62,539 bases of DNA, taken from Minisyncoccota bacterium. GTDB lineage: Bacteria; Patescibacteriota; Minisyncoccia; Phycocordibacterales; UBA9973. Below, one piece after another: positions 1 to 9,684 of this stretch. The stretch lies in contig JBAYLA010000005.1 in NCBI GenBank assembly GCA_041664285.1, positions 1-62,539 of the forward strand, read 5' to 3'. The notes under the pieces are model-generated. The model saw only the letters and a program-made list of their open reading frames with translations. It did no database searches and was not told the DNA's origin. Positions within the stretch are counted from its first letter, which is position 1. Each line of letters begins with the position of its first letter. Position numbers and translations under genes: made by a program.

Positions 1-2
1 GC

Positions 3-497
3 TACTGTCATTATGGTAATTATTATTGTGCTGGTACTAACGACTGTCATGACACATATTTTCTTCCTCCTGGAGGAAGTTGTGCTGGTGGTGGCAAGTC
101 TGTGGGGAATGCATATGTTTGTGCAACAACCGAAGATACACTTTATGGGGGGAAAACAACTGCTTCCTGCACCAGTACTGGTGGAACAGTTGTAAGTGAT
201 GGGATAAATAGCTTGTGTCAGTTTGCAGCAGTCAGTTGTCCGAATGGGTGGACACCATATAATAATTACTCTACTAATAATTATTCTACTACTACGGCGA
301 AGACTTGTGTGGGCACAAATGGCACATATCTATTCGGTTCTTGTACAGGAGCCGTCTCTTGTACTACAGGAAGCCACTTATTTGGCAATACCGCAACAGA
401 GACTTGTTCGTATAAAAATCGCATAGGTGCCGGACTATTCTGTTATGACTCCAGCCAGACCTGTACAGCTAATGTTATTGAAGTAGGCTGTTATTAA
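3..497 (+). CDS. Cys-rich secreted/surface protein, C-terminal fragment (5' end upstream of window)
   Basis: Frame is open from nt 3 to TAA 495-497, so the listed GTG at 102 is internal. Cys/Gly/Thr-rich with no catalytic motif. Confidence 0.5.
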   Translation, partial: YCHYGNYYCAGTNDCHDTYFLPPGGSCAGGGKSVGNAYVCATTEDTLYGGKTTASCTSTGGTVVSDGINSLCQFAAVSCPNGWTPYNNYSTNNYSTTTAKTCVGTNGTYLFGSCTGAVSCTTGSHLFGNTATETCSYKNRIGAGLFCYDSSQTCTANVIEVGCY

Positions 498-518
498 AAT
501 TTAGAGTATAATTAAATT

Positions 519-1739
519 ATGAAAAATTATTTTTTAAAAATTATTCTCGCATTAGTTTTCTGTTTATCGCCCTTTGTTGTCTCGGCAAGCTCTGCAGATA
601 ACATGTCTGGTTACGCTTGGTCATCAAATATTGGTTGGATTAGTTTTAATTGTACGAATCTTAGTACCTGTGGAACTGGGGTTGGTCAGGCAAATTATGG
701 TGTAAATAAAGATACAAGTGGTAACCTTACTGGTTACGCTTGGTCACCAAATATTGGCTGGATAAAATTTGGCGGGCTTTCTGGTTTTCCAACAGGGAAT
801 GGAACTATCGCGTCAGATGCTAAAGTTGATCTCGATACTAATAAATTAACTGGTTGGGCACGAGCTTGTAGTGGTATGTATGATATATCGCTCAATCAAG
901 GAGTACTTAATAATACTTGTACTGGGATGTCTAGAACAGATGGTTGGGATGGTTGGATTTCTTTTTCAGGTACGGGATACGGTGTTACTTTTGATGGTAG
1001 TGCTTTTTCAAGTTATGCTTGGGGTTCTGAAGTTGTGGGTTGGATTTCTTTTTCTGGCGTTACTAGTAACATTATACCTGTTATGACTGGCACTCTCACG
1101 GCTTCTATTTGTACAATTGAATTAGGAGAGAGTAATTGTACCACTAATCTTGATTGGAAAATAAATAATACAGAAACAGTTCCATCACAGATCACCGCGG
1201 ATGGAATGATTCCCATAGATTTAAGTACACCTATCATAGGTAATACATATACAGGCACTCAATCTTATACTTTCACTTCTACTTCTCCTAAAATATTTCA
1301 ACTTTATAATAATTCTAAAGAACTTGCTACCACTGAAGTAACTCCAATTTGTGCTAGTGGAACTTGGAATGGTAGTAGTTGTGCATTGAATACCTGTCTT
1401 CTTCCATGGGGAGGGACTATCAATAGTGGCAATACAGTGACAGCATACCAATCTTCCTCAGTTGTTTATCCAGCAATTTGTGACCCCAAGACACTCTTTT
1501 GTGCCAATGATGGTACCTTAAGTGTGGTTGGTGGTGGAGACGCTTCTCTTTATACGAACAAGACCTGTTCATCAACTCTCGATCCTGCTTGTTCTTCTAC
1601 TCACTACAACTGCACCACTGGTGCTACTAGTAATAATTTAAATAGTCCTTCTAAGTGGACTTGGACATGTCTTGGTAAGGACGGAGTTTCTATCGTTAAA
1701 TGTTTTGAAAAGAAAAGCCCAGGGGTAATAGAGAATTAG
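519..1739 (+). CDS. Secreted repeat protein (five G[YW]AWSxxxGWIxF-type repeats, C-terminal Cys-rich WTWTC module)
   Basis: N-terminal signal peptide (ALVFCLSPFVVSASS). Repeats GYAWSSNIGWISF, GYAWSPNIGWIKF, GWDGWISFSG, SYAWGSEVVGWISFSG. C-terminus PSKWTWTCLGKDGVSIVKC. Confidence 0.7.
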   Translation: MKNYFLKIILALVFCLSPFVVSASSADNMSGYAWSSNIGWISFNCTNLSTCGTGVGQANYGVNKDTSGNLTGYAWSPNIGWIKFGGLSGFPTGNGTIASDAKVDLDTNKLTGWARACSGMYDISLNQGVLNNTCTGMSRTDGWDGWISFSGTGYGVTFDGSAFSSYAWGSEVVGWISFSGVTSNIIPVMTGTLTASICTIELGESNCTTNLDWKINNTETVPSQITADGMIPIDLSTPIIGNTYTGTQSYTFTSTSPKIFQLYNNSKELATTEVTPICASGTWNGSSCALNTCLLPWGGTINSGNTVTAYQSSSVVYPAICDPKTLFCANDGTLSVVGGGDASLYTNKTCSSTLDPACSSTHYNCTTGATSNNLNSPSKWTWTCLGKDGVSIVKCFEKKSPGVIEN

Positions 1740-1760
1740 TTTATTAAGTTATAAAAATTA

Positions 1761-1794
1761 GCAAAAAAATCTACCACTTGGTAGATTTTTTTGC
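1761..1794 (+). terminator. 14-15 bp hairpin after the 519-1739 gene, overlapping the pilB -10 element
   Basis: gcaaaaaaatctac / gtagatttttttgc. Confidence 0.5.
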
Positions 1795-1800
1795 TATAAT
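1792..1800 (+). promoter_or_regulatory. Extended -10 (TGcTATAAT), 7 nt before the pilB ATG
   Basis: Read directly. No SD between it and ATG 1808. Confidence 0.55.
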
Positions 1801-1807
1801 CTAATTA

Positions 1808-3577
1808 ATGACGATTGACGAAGAACAATTGAAAAAATTTATTCTAGATGGGAAGCTTGTGTCTAGGGCAGACCTTGAAGAGGCATTCAAAAAAGCTGAG
1901 ACTAAAAAACAAAAAATCGGTGACATTTTACTTTCTGATGGGAAGATATCTGAAACAGACTTGAAACGAATGGAAGCTTTTGTTTTAGGTATTCCATTTG
2001 TTAGTTTAAATAAGCAGAAAATAGATTTTTCTGTATTGTCTCTAATCCCAGAGCCGATTGCGCGTAACTATAATATTATTGCTTATAAAAAGGGAGAGAA
2101 AGAAGAGAATACTTTAGAGGTGGCAATGCTGGATGTTGATGATTTACCAGTGATTGATTTTATAAAAAAGGGTTCCGGGTTAAAAATTTTACCTCGTCTG
2201 ACAGATACCATTTCGATTAGATCTGTTTTAGTACAATATCGGCAAAGTTTGAAGTCCGAATTTCAAGACATTATCCAACAAGAAAGTAATAAACTGAATC
2301 TTTCTTCGGAAGAAGATGGAGACAAAAACACGGAAAAGTCCAATTTGGAATTAAAAGAAATAGCAGAAGGTTTGCCAGTGATAAAAATAGTTGATTCTTT
2401 GATTTTTCATGCGATTTTACAAAATGCCTCCGATATTCACATTGAGCCTGGAGAGATTAATCTTGTAGTGCGTTATCGAATAGATGGTATTTTGCATGAT
2501 GCGATGGTTTTAGATAAAAATGCTGGTTCCGGGATAACTGCGCGTATTAAAGTGTTGTCCAATTTAAAATTGGATGAAAAAAGATTACCTCAAGATGGAA
2601 GGTTTAAAATAGAACAAAATGGAGAAAAAATTTCTTTTCGTGTTTCTACCTTGCCAACTTTTTTTGGGGAAAAGACTGTTATTAGAATTTTAAAAGAAAA
2701 TGCTCATGGTTTTTCTTTAGAAGTGCTTGGCTTTCACGGTGAAGGATTGGAGCGAATACATAATTCATTAAAACAAAAAACTGGGATGGTGCTTGCCACT
2801 GGTCCGACTGGAAGTGGTAAGACAACGACTCTCTATACTTTACTGGATATTTTAAATAGACCAGAAGTTAATATTTCAACAGTCGAAGATCCTATTGAAT
2901 ATCAAATGCCGAGAGTTAATCAAACACAAGTTAAATCAGAGATTGGTTTAACTTTTGCTAACGGGCTTCGTTCATTATTACGTCAAGATCCAGACATCGT
3001 AATGGTAGGAGAAATTCGTGATGGTGAAACAGCTGGACTGGCAGTTAACGCTTCATTGACTGGGCATCTGGTTCTTTCTACTATTCACACTAATTCGGCT
3101 GCCGGCGCGATTCCAAGACTAATGGATATGGGGGTTGAGCCTTTTTTAATAACAGCCACAGTGAAAACAATTATTGCTCAAAGATTAGTACGCAAACTTA
3201 CTTCTAATAAAGAAAAGTATTTTTTATCATCAGCTGAGATAAAAAATCTTGCGAAAATTGCTGACCTAGATAGAGTATTTGAATTTTTAAAAATTGAAAA
3301 CATTGTCAACTCAAATAGTACCTGGGATAAAATTCCTTTTTATAAAGCAGTGAAGAGCACTGAATTTGAAGATGGATATTCAGGTCGTGTTGGAATACAT
3401 GAAATATTAAAAGTTACAACTACGATTAGAGAAATGATTATTAAAGGAAGTTCTCAAGATGAGATAGAAGTACAAGCAAAAAAAGAAGGGATGATGACAA
3501 TGATTGAAGATGGGGTTTTTAAAGCGGTTTTGGGGGCGACCACTTTGGAAGAAGTATTTCGGGTTGTTTCGGAGTAA
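1808..3577 (+). CDS. pilB: Type IV pilus/T2SS assembly ATPase (PilB/GspE family)
   Basis: Walker A GPTGSGKTTT, Asp box DPDIVMVGEIRD, His box LTGHLVLSTIHTN, N-terminal MshEN-like domain. Confidence 0.9.
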   Translation: MTIDEEQLKKFILDGKLVSRADLEEAFKKAETKKQKIGDILLSDGKISETDLKRMEAFVLGIPFVSLNKQKIDFSVLSLIPEPIARNYNIIAYKKGEKEENTLEVAMLDVDDLPVIDFIKKGSGLKILPRLTDTISIRSVLVQYRQSLKSEFQDIIQQESNKLNLSSEEDGDKNTEKSNLELKEIAEGLPVIKIVDSLIFHAILQNASDIHIEPGEINLVVRYRIDGILHDAMVLDKNAGSGITARIKVLSNLKLDEKRLPQDGRFKIEQNGEKISFRVSTLPTFFGEKTVIRILKENAHGFSLEVLGFHGEGLERIHNSLKQKTGMVLATGPTGSGKTTTLYTLLDILNRPEVNISTVEDPIEYQMPRVNQTQVKSEIGLTFANGLRSLLRQDPDIVMVGEIRDGETAGLAVNASLTGHLVLSTIHTNSAAGAIPRLMDMGVEPFLITATVKTIIAQRLVRKLTSNKEKYFLSSAEIKNLAKIADLDRVFEFLKIENIVNSNSTWDKIPFYKAVKSTEFEDGYSGRVGIHEILKVTTTIREMIIKGSSQDEIEVQAKKEGMMTMIEDGVFKAVLGATTLEEVFRVVSE

Positions 3578-3593
3578 TTTTCCAAACAATAAA

Positions 3594-4811
3594 ATGCTTT
3601 TCACTTACAGCGCAAAATCAAAAACAGGGGAAATCTTCGAAAGCATACAGGAAGCGGTTGATCGCTATGCTCTTGCCCGTGAATTACGTTCTCGAGGTTG
3701 CGTTCCGTTGTCAATCACCGATAAAAATCAAAGTTTTATTGACAAATTTTCAACGTTATCTACTGTTTTTTCAAAAGTAAAGAATGCAGAGCTGATTATT
3801 TTGACTAAAAATTTAAGTGGAATGATTAAGGCTGGGCTCTCGCTCTCTAGAGCTTTGTCCGTTTTAAAAAAACAAACAACAAATCCTAAACTTAATAAAA
3901 TTCTAACTTCGGTGGCAAATGAAATAGATTCTGGGGATACTTTTTCTTCGGCACTTTCCAAATTTCCTGATGTTTTTTCTAAACTTTTTATTTCAATGGT
4001 GAGAGCTGGAGAAGAGTCTGGAAATCTTGCCGGTGCCCTCTCAGATATTGGGTTAAATTTAGAAAAGTCTAATTCTTTAAATAAAAAAATAAAAGGGGCA
4101 CTTATTTATCCAGGGGTAATTATGTCGGCTATGGTTGTTATTGGTGTTTTGATGTTTGCTTTTGTGGTACCTACCTTGGCGAGTACTTTTAAAGAACTTG
4201 GGGTTGTTTTACCTTTTTCTACTCGAATGTTGGTTTTCTTTGGTAATTTCTTTTCTAATCATTTGATTTTAACGTTTGTAATTTTACTAGGTGTAGGTTT
4301 TGGTTTATATTCAATTTTTCGATCTAAGATGATGGGACCCTATATTGACTTTATTATTTTAAGAATTCCCGTTGTAAGTAATTTAACCAAAGAATTAAAT
4401 ACTGCTCGTACAGCACGCACAATCTCTTCGCTTTTACTTTCAGGCGTTTCTTTAACTCGAGCACTCGAAATAACGCAAGATGTAGTTCAAAATACTTATT
4501 ATAAAAAAGTTTTAAATGAAGCAAAAGTAACGATAGAAAAAGGGGAGCCATTTTCTGGGGTATTTGTGGCTAATGTTAATTTGTATCCTATTATGATGTC
4601 AGAAATGATCCAAGTCGGAGAAGAGACGGGAAAATTATCTGACATGTTGCTTGAGATTGCATTGTTTTATGAAGATGAGGTTGAGAGTAAAACTAAAAAT
4701 CTTTCCACTATCATTGAACCACTGCTTATGGTTGTTATTGGTGCGGCAGTTGGATTTTTTGCTATTTCCATGATTTCGCCACTTTATTCAATTTTAGGAA
4801 GTATAAGTTAA
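3594..4811 (+). CDS. pilC: Type IV pilus platform protein (PilC/GspF family)
   Basis: Two T2SSF-type repeats (GEESGNL, GEETGKL) and 3 TM segments. ATG 3594 chosen because the listed 3504 start overlaps pilB by 74 nt. Confidence 0.85.
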   Translation: MLFTYSAKSKTGEIFESIQEAVDRYALARELRSRGCVPLSITDKNQSFIDKFSTLSTVFSKVKNAELIILTKNLSGMIKAGLSLSRALSVLKKQTTNPKLNKILTSVANEIDSGDTFSSALSKFPDVFSKLFISMVRAGEESGNLAGALSDIGLNLEKSNSLNKKIKGALIYPGVIMSAMVVIGVLMFAFVVPTLASTFKELGVVLPFSTRMLVFFGNFFSNHLILTFVILLGVGFGLYSIFRSKMMGPYIDFIILRIPVVSNLTKELNTARTARTISSLLLSGVSLTRALEITQDVVQNTYYKKVLNEAKVTIEKGEPFSGVFVANVNLYPIMMSEMIQVGEETGKLSDMLLEIALFYEDEVESKTKNLSTIIEPLLMVVIGAAVGFFAISMISPLYSILGSIS

Positions 4812-5305
4812 TGACCCATTTTATTAAAAATAAAAGAGCCTGCTTACTGATGAGGCGAGGGATGACCATCATAGAAGTATTAGTGGTTGTTACTGTGCTT
4901 GGTATTATTTTTGCAATCGTTATTCCACAATTTTCAAAAAACAGAGAATTACAAGTATTAAAAAGTGGAGCAGGGGATGTTTTGTCTACTATTAACAAAG
5001 CACGAGTGACAACTCTTTCTTCCTTGAATTCGTCTTCCTATGGAGTGCATTTTCAATCTGACAAAGTTATAATTTTTAAAGGTACACTTTTTTCGGTTAA
5101 CGATCCAAACAATGAAGCAATTAATCTCACCACTCCGGCCAATATTTCGAATGTTACATTTGGAGGAGTAAGTGGAAATTCTGGAGATGTTTATTTTAAT
5201 CGTCTTTCGGGTTCTCCTAGTACCACTGGCACAATAACTATTTCTTCCCCCTCTTTTTCAAAGATTATTACAATTTCCGCCACAGGTGTTGCCAACGCAA
5301 ATTAA
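4811..5305 (+). CDS. Type IV (pseudo)pilin with class III signal peptide
   Basis: RRG|MTIIEVLVVVTVLGIIFAIV gives cleavage after Gly and Glu at +5. TAATG overlap with pilC. ATG 4850 is an alternative start. Confidence 0.75.
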   Translation: MTHFIKNKRACLLMRRGMTIIEVLVVVTVLGIIFAIVIPQFSKNRELQVLKSGAGDVLSTINKARVTTLSSLNSSSYGVHFQSDKVIIFKGTLFSVNDPNNEAINLTTPANISNVTFGGVSGNSGDVYFNRLSGSPSTTGTITISSPSFSKIITISATGVANAN

Positions 5306-5346
5306 AATGACCCATTCGTTAGGGTCATGGTGAGTAAAATCGAACC

Positions 5347-5823
5347 ATGAAAAAAATTTTAAAAAACAAAGGATTTACCCCCACACCTTTTAAAAGAAAA
5401 GGTGTGAGCCTACAAAGTAGGCGGGGGTTTATGGTTGTTGAAGTGTTAATAGCTGTTTCGATTATTGTTGTTTCCATTTTGGTTGCGATGGCTGTTGCTC
5501 AAAAAGCTATCGGTGTTTCTCGTCAGGCTTTTCACACCACCCAGGCTGGATTTTTATTAGAGGAAGGGGCAGAGAATACGCGAATCGCGCGAGATAATGC
5601 TTGGAACAATATAACAACTCTTAATTCTTCAGAACAAATAGGCATTTTTACTAGAACGATTGTTGCTTCAAATGTAAATCGTGATAATACCACTAAAGAT
5701 ATTTCTGATATAGGGACAAACGATCCTGGAACGAAATTGATAACAATAACTGTATCCTGGACGGAAGGAGGAGTAACCATAAGTAAAACATTACAATTTT
5801 ATATAATGAATATTTTTCTATGA
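5347..5823 (+). CDS. Prepilin-like protein with unusually long leader
   Basis: RRG|FMVVEVLIAVSIIVV (Phe +1, Glu +5). The 27-aa leader contains a palindromic repeat element (see findings). Confidence 0.7.
   Translation: MKKILKNKGFTPTPFKRKGVSLQSRRGFMVVEVLIAVSIIVVSILVAMAVAQKAIGVSRQAFHTTQAGFLLEEGAENTRIARDNAWNNITTLNSSEQIGIFTRTIVASNVNRDNTTKDISDIGTNDPGTKLITITVSWTEGGVTISKTLQFYIMNIFL
5377..5430. repeat. cccccacacctttt-family palindromic element, in frame in a prepilin leader
   Basis: ccccc[acacctttt..aaaaggtgt]g[a gcctac aaa gtaggc]ggggg, bracketed by GGATTT / GGGTTT (Gly-Phe codons). Confidence 0.6.
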
Positions 5824-6323
5824 TTAAAATTAATAAAAAAAATAAAAATGGTTATGCAGTCCTTGAACTCCTTTTTTATATTTCTTTTTTTGTTGTTCTT
5901 TCTTTAGTGGTAATTAGCTCCATGATTACCATGGCTAGAGCTTTTCGGGAAACAGTGATGTATGCAGAGCTAGTTCAAAGCGGAGATATCATGGAAAGAA
6001 TGTCTAGGGAAATTAGAGCGGCTTATGACATAGATCCAGCAAGCACAAATAATGATTTAAAACTTAATACTAAAGATAGTGATGGTGTAGATAAGACTAT
6101 GGAATTTAAATTTCTTGATTCAAATCTTCAGTTTTTGGAAAATGATGTTTTTATTGGAAACTTGAATACACCCAATATTGTCATAACTGCCATTAATTTT
6201 ACCCAAATAACCACAACTAAAGGAAAAGCAATCAGAATTATTCTAACGGTTCGTTCTGTCGCTGACAGTTCAGGGAATACTCAAGATTTTTATGACACAA
6301 TTGTATTAAGAGGAAATTATTAA
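5820..6323 (+). CDS. Minor pilin-like protein
   Basis: KNG|YAVLELLFYISFFVV (Glu +5). ATGA overlap with the upstream gene. Confidence 0.6.
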   Translation: MIKINKKNKNGYAVLELLFYISFFVVLSLVVISSMITMARAFRETVMYAELVQSGDIMERMSREIRAAYDIDPASTNNDLKLNTKDSDGVDKTMEFKFLDSNLQFLENDVFIGNLNTPNIVITAINFTQITTTKGKAIRIILTVRSVADSSGNTQDFYDTIVLRGNY

Positions 6324-6325
6324 TT

Positions 6326-7597
6326 ATGAAAAAAGATTTTAAAAAAATAAAAAAAAACAAGGGGGCAGCGATGTTGATTGTCGTTGTCTTCTTTCTTTTT
6401 ATTTCATTGGCAATAATTACTGGATTAGTTTCACCCACAATCCGTGAATTTAAAAATACCAACATGAATTTAAAATCTAAACAATCTTATTTTTTAGCTG
6501 AATCTGGTGGCGAAGATGCAACTTATCGCATACTAAACAATATGGCAATATCTGAAAGTGAAGTGATTGCCTTGGATAATAATTCAGTAAACACGACCAT
6601 AACCACTCTTTTAGGGAACACTAAGCAGATTGTTTCACTTGGAGATGTTGGAAGATTACAGCGTAAAACTAATTTAACACTTAAAACTGGAGAAGGCGTT
6701 GTGTTTAAATATGGATCACAAGCTGGGCAAGGCGGGTTTGTTTTTCAAAATAATTCTTATGTAAACGGGAGTTTATATTCAAATGGTAATATAATTGGTT
6801 CAAATAATGCATATATCACTGGGGATGCATTTGTGGCTGGCGGTACTGGATTAATTTCAAATATGCGTGTTGGTTATGGTGGCACTGGTAGTGCACATGC
6901 TCACAACATAACTGGTTCAACTGTAACTGGTACGATTTACTGCCAAATTGGTTCTGGAAATAATAAATCTTGTGATCCATCGCAACCTGATCCTGAGGTT
7001 AAAGATTTACCAATATCTGATGATAAAATTACTGAATGGAAAACTGATGCTACTAATGGTGGAACCACTAGTGGTAACATAACAATTTCCACTCCTACTA
7101 TTCTTGGCCCACAAAAAATAATAGGTAATTTGACAATCGATAGTACCTTAACGATTGCAAACACCATATATGTAACTGGAAATATAGTAATAAATGGGAC
7201 GGTGAAATTAGATTCTTCATATGGAGCAACGTCAGCCATTTTAATTGCTGATGGTTATATAACAATCAGCAATGGTGTTGTTTTTCAGGACTCCGGAACT
7301 ACTGGCAGTTATATCTTACTTTTATCAAATAGCACTTGTGATGCGAGCGTCTATGGTGCTCCATGCAACGGACATAATGCTATAGATGTCAGCAACAATT
7401 CAAGTATTTCAATCGTTAATGCACAAAAAGGCACAGTCTATTTCAGTAATAATGCTAGTGTGAAAGAAGCGGTAGGAAACAAAATAGAATTAAAAAACAA
7501 CACCCATTTTGATTATGGTAGTGGTTTAATAGACGTTGGTTTTACCAGCGGTCCTTCTGGCGCATGGACTGTCGACAGTTGGGGAGAAACTCAATAA
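6326..7597 (+). CDS. Pilus-associated protein with PilX-like N-terminal hydrophobic segment and Gly/Asn/Thr-rich beta-helix-like body
   Basis: KKNKGAAMLIVVVFFLFISLAIITG N-terminus without Glu +5. Last gene of the pilin block. Confidence 0.55.
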   Translation: MKKDFKKIKKNKGAAMLIVVVFFLFISLAIITGLVSPTIREFKNTNMNLKSKQSYFLAESGGEDATYRILNNMAISESEVIALDNNSVNTTITTLLGNTKQIVSLGDVGRLQRKTNLTLKTGEGVVFKYGSQAGQGGFVFQNNSYVNGSLYSNGNIIGSNNAYITGDAFVAGGTGLISNMRVGYGGTGSAHAHNITGSTVTGTIYCQIGSGNNKSCDPSQPDPEVKDLPISDDKITEWKTDATNGGTTSGNITISTPTILGPQKIIGNLTIDSTLTIANTIYVTGNIVINGTVKLDSSYGATSAILIADGYITISNGVVFQDSGTTGSYILLLSNSTCDASVYGAPCNGHNAIDVSNNSSISIVNAQKGTVYFSNNASVKEAVGNKIELKNNTHFDYGSGLIDVGFTSGPSGAWTVDSWGETQ

Positions 7598-7681
7598 ATT
7601 AAGCCGTTCAGGTTTGAATAAATTTAATTTCTTTCTGCTTGTAATGTTAAAAGTATAACTTTTGCAGGCGGAGGTTCTAGA

Positions 7682-7690
7682 TGTTAGAAT
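7682..7690 (+). promoter_or_regulatory. Extended -10 (TGtTAGAAT), 6 nt before the tpiA ATG
   Basis: Read directly. Confidence 0.55.
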
Positions 7691-7696
7691 AAACAA

Positions 7697-8458
7697 ATGG
7701 CTAAGAAAATAATTGTTGGCAATTGGAAAATGAATCCACTTACTTTAAAAGGAGCGGAACAATTATTTAGTGGTGTGGCGAAAGGTATTTCTTCTATTAA
7801 AAAAACAGAAGTTGTTATTTGTCCACCTTTCTTATATTTAGAAAGATTAAAAAAGATTAGAACCAGTAAAATAAAGCTTGGCGCACAGGATGCATTTGGG
7901 GGTGACGTGGGAGCATATACTGGAGAAGTGTCTGGAGAAATGCTCTATAATATTGGTGTTCGATATGTAATAATGGGTCATTCAGAAAGGCGTGTCTTAG
8001 GAGAGAGTAATAGTGATGTGAATAAAAAAATAAAAGGCGCACTTGCTTCTAGTCTTGTGCCAATATTATGTGTCGGAGAAAATACTCGCGATGAGGATCA
8101 TAGTTATTTTAATTTTATTAAAACACAATTAGAAGAATGTCTGACTGGAATTTCCAAGAACTCAATTTCAAAAGTTATTATTGCTTATGAACCGGTTTGG
8201 GCGCTTTCAAGTACTCTTGATCGTAAAGATGCTACCTCTACCGATTCTAGAGAGATGGTTATTTTTATTCGTAAGATTCTATCTGATAAATTTGGAGCTG
8301 AAGCCGGAATGGTAAGAATTATTTATGGGGGGTCAGCTAATGAAAGAGATGCAGAGGATTTTTTGAAAAACGGAGGAGTAGACGGCTTACTACCCGGTCG
8401 AGCTAGTTTAGATGTAAAAAAGTTTACGGAAATTATAAAAATTGCGGAGAAAATATGA
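7697..8458 (+). CDS. tpiA: Triosephosphate isomerase
   Basis: VGNWKMN, GHSERR, AYEPVWA, YGGS motifs. Confidence 0.9.
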   Translation: MAKKIIVGNWKMNPLTLKGAEQLFSGVAKGISSIKKTEVVICPPFLYLERLKKIRTSKIKLGAQDAFGGDVGAYTGEVSGEMLYNIGVRYVIMGHSERRVLGESNSDVNKKIKGALASSLVPILCVGENTRDEDHSYFNFIKTQLEECLTGISKNSISKVIIAYEPVWALSSTLDRKDATSTDSREMVIFIRKILSDKFGAEAGMVRIIYGGSANERDAEDFLKNGGVDGLLPGRASLDVKKFTEIIKIAEKI

Positions 8459-9684
8459 AGCTCAAAACTTTAGATAATATAAATTTAAGCAACAAAACTA
8501 TTTTATATAGAGCCCCTTATGATATTGATGTAGAAGAAAAAAATGGTATTTTAAAATTATCAGATGATATGCGAATTAAGGCCACTCTTCCAACTCTCCA
8601 ATATTTATTAAAAGAAAATTGTAAAATTGTAATTCTTACTTATGTGGGACGTCCTAATGGTCAAATTGTAGAAAACCTTCGCACGGATCCTCATGCCAAA
8701 AGACTTTCTTCACTTTTAAATCGCCCAGTCATTAAAGTAGATGATTGTATTGGGGAAGAGGTAGACAAAAAAATTTCTCAAATGCAACAGGGTGATATTT
8801 TAATGCTTGAAAATGTTCGTTTTTATAAAGAAGAAACAGATGATAATGATGACTTTGCTAAACAGCTTTGTAAGGGAAAAGATTTTATTGTTTTTGATGG
8901 ATTTCCTCAAGCGATGAGAATTCATGCTTCAACAACTGGAATCGAAAGACATTTGCCTGCAGTAGCCGGATTTTATTTACAGCATGAATTTGAAATGCTT
9001 TCTAATTTAATAGAGAATCCACCAAGACCATTTACGGTAATTATTGGTGGAGCGAAAATTTCAGACAAAGTTGATGCTGTAAATAATTTATTAAAAATAG
9101 CAGACAAAGTTTTGGTAGGTGGAGCATTGGCTCATGTTTTTCTAAAAGCACAAGGTCGAGAACTTGGAGCCTCATTTATTGAGGATGTTTTTGTAGATGA
9201 AAAAAGGCGTGAAAAAAAAGATTGGGTTATGTATGCAAAAGAAATACTACAATCTCATAAAGATAAAATTGTTTGCCCAGAGGACCTTGTTATTTCAGAT
9301 GGAACTTCAGTTAAAACTATTGATATTTTAAGTGATGGAATATCAGACCAATGGACGGCTCTAGATATTGGTCCAAAAACTCAGAAATTATTTTCAGATA
9401 TTATAGAAAAATCTAAAACTGTTTTTTGGGGAGGTCCGATGGGGAAATTTGAAGATGAAAAATTTGCTCAGGGTTCGAAAGCTGTTTTAAACGCTATGAA
9501 AAATCTTAGTAAAGAATTTTCAGGGAAAACAATTATTGCTGGTGGAGATACAATTGATGTCGCTTGTAGATATGGGAGTCTAGAGGACTACTCGCATGTG
9601 AGTTTGGCTGGAGGAGCAACCTTAGAATTTTTAGCCGGCAAAGAGCTCCCAGCACTTAAGGCATTGCTTGAAGAGAAGAGATAA
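8455..9684 (+). CDS. pgk: Phosphoglycerate kinase
   Basis: GGAKISDK and IAGGGDT motifs, length about 400 aa, ATGA overlap with tpiA. Confidence 0.92.
   Translation: MKLKTLDNINLSNKTILYRAPYDIDVEEKNGILKLSDDMRIKATLPTLQYLLKENCKIVILTYVGRPNGQIVENLRTDPHAKRLSSLLNRPVIKVDDCIGEEVDKKISQMQQGDILMLENVRFYKEETDDNDDFAKQLCKGKDFIVFDGFPQAMRIHASTTGIERHLPAVAGFYLQHEFEMLSNLIENPPRPFTVIIGGAKISDKVDAVNNLLKIADKVLVGGALAHVFLKAQGRELGASFIEDVFVDEKRREKKDWVMYAKEILQSHKDKIVCPEDLVISDGTSVKTIDILSDGISDQWTALDIGPKTQKLFSDIIEKSKTVFWGGPMGKFEDEKFAQGSKAVLNAMKNLSKEFSGKTIIAGGDTIDVACRYGSLEDYSHVSLAGGATLEFLAGKELPALKALLEEKR

Noticed and set aside
3504-3593. Upstream extension of pilC (listed start 3504), overlapping pilB by 74 nt.
   Set aside because: The extension has no PilC-like sequence. 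ATG 3594 lies just after the pilB stop and begins the conserved region.
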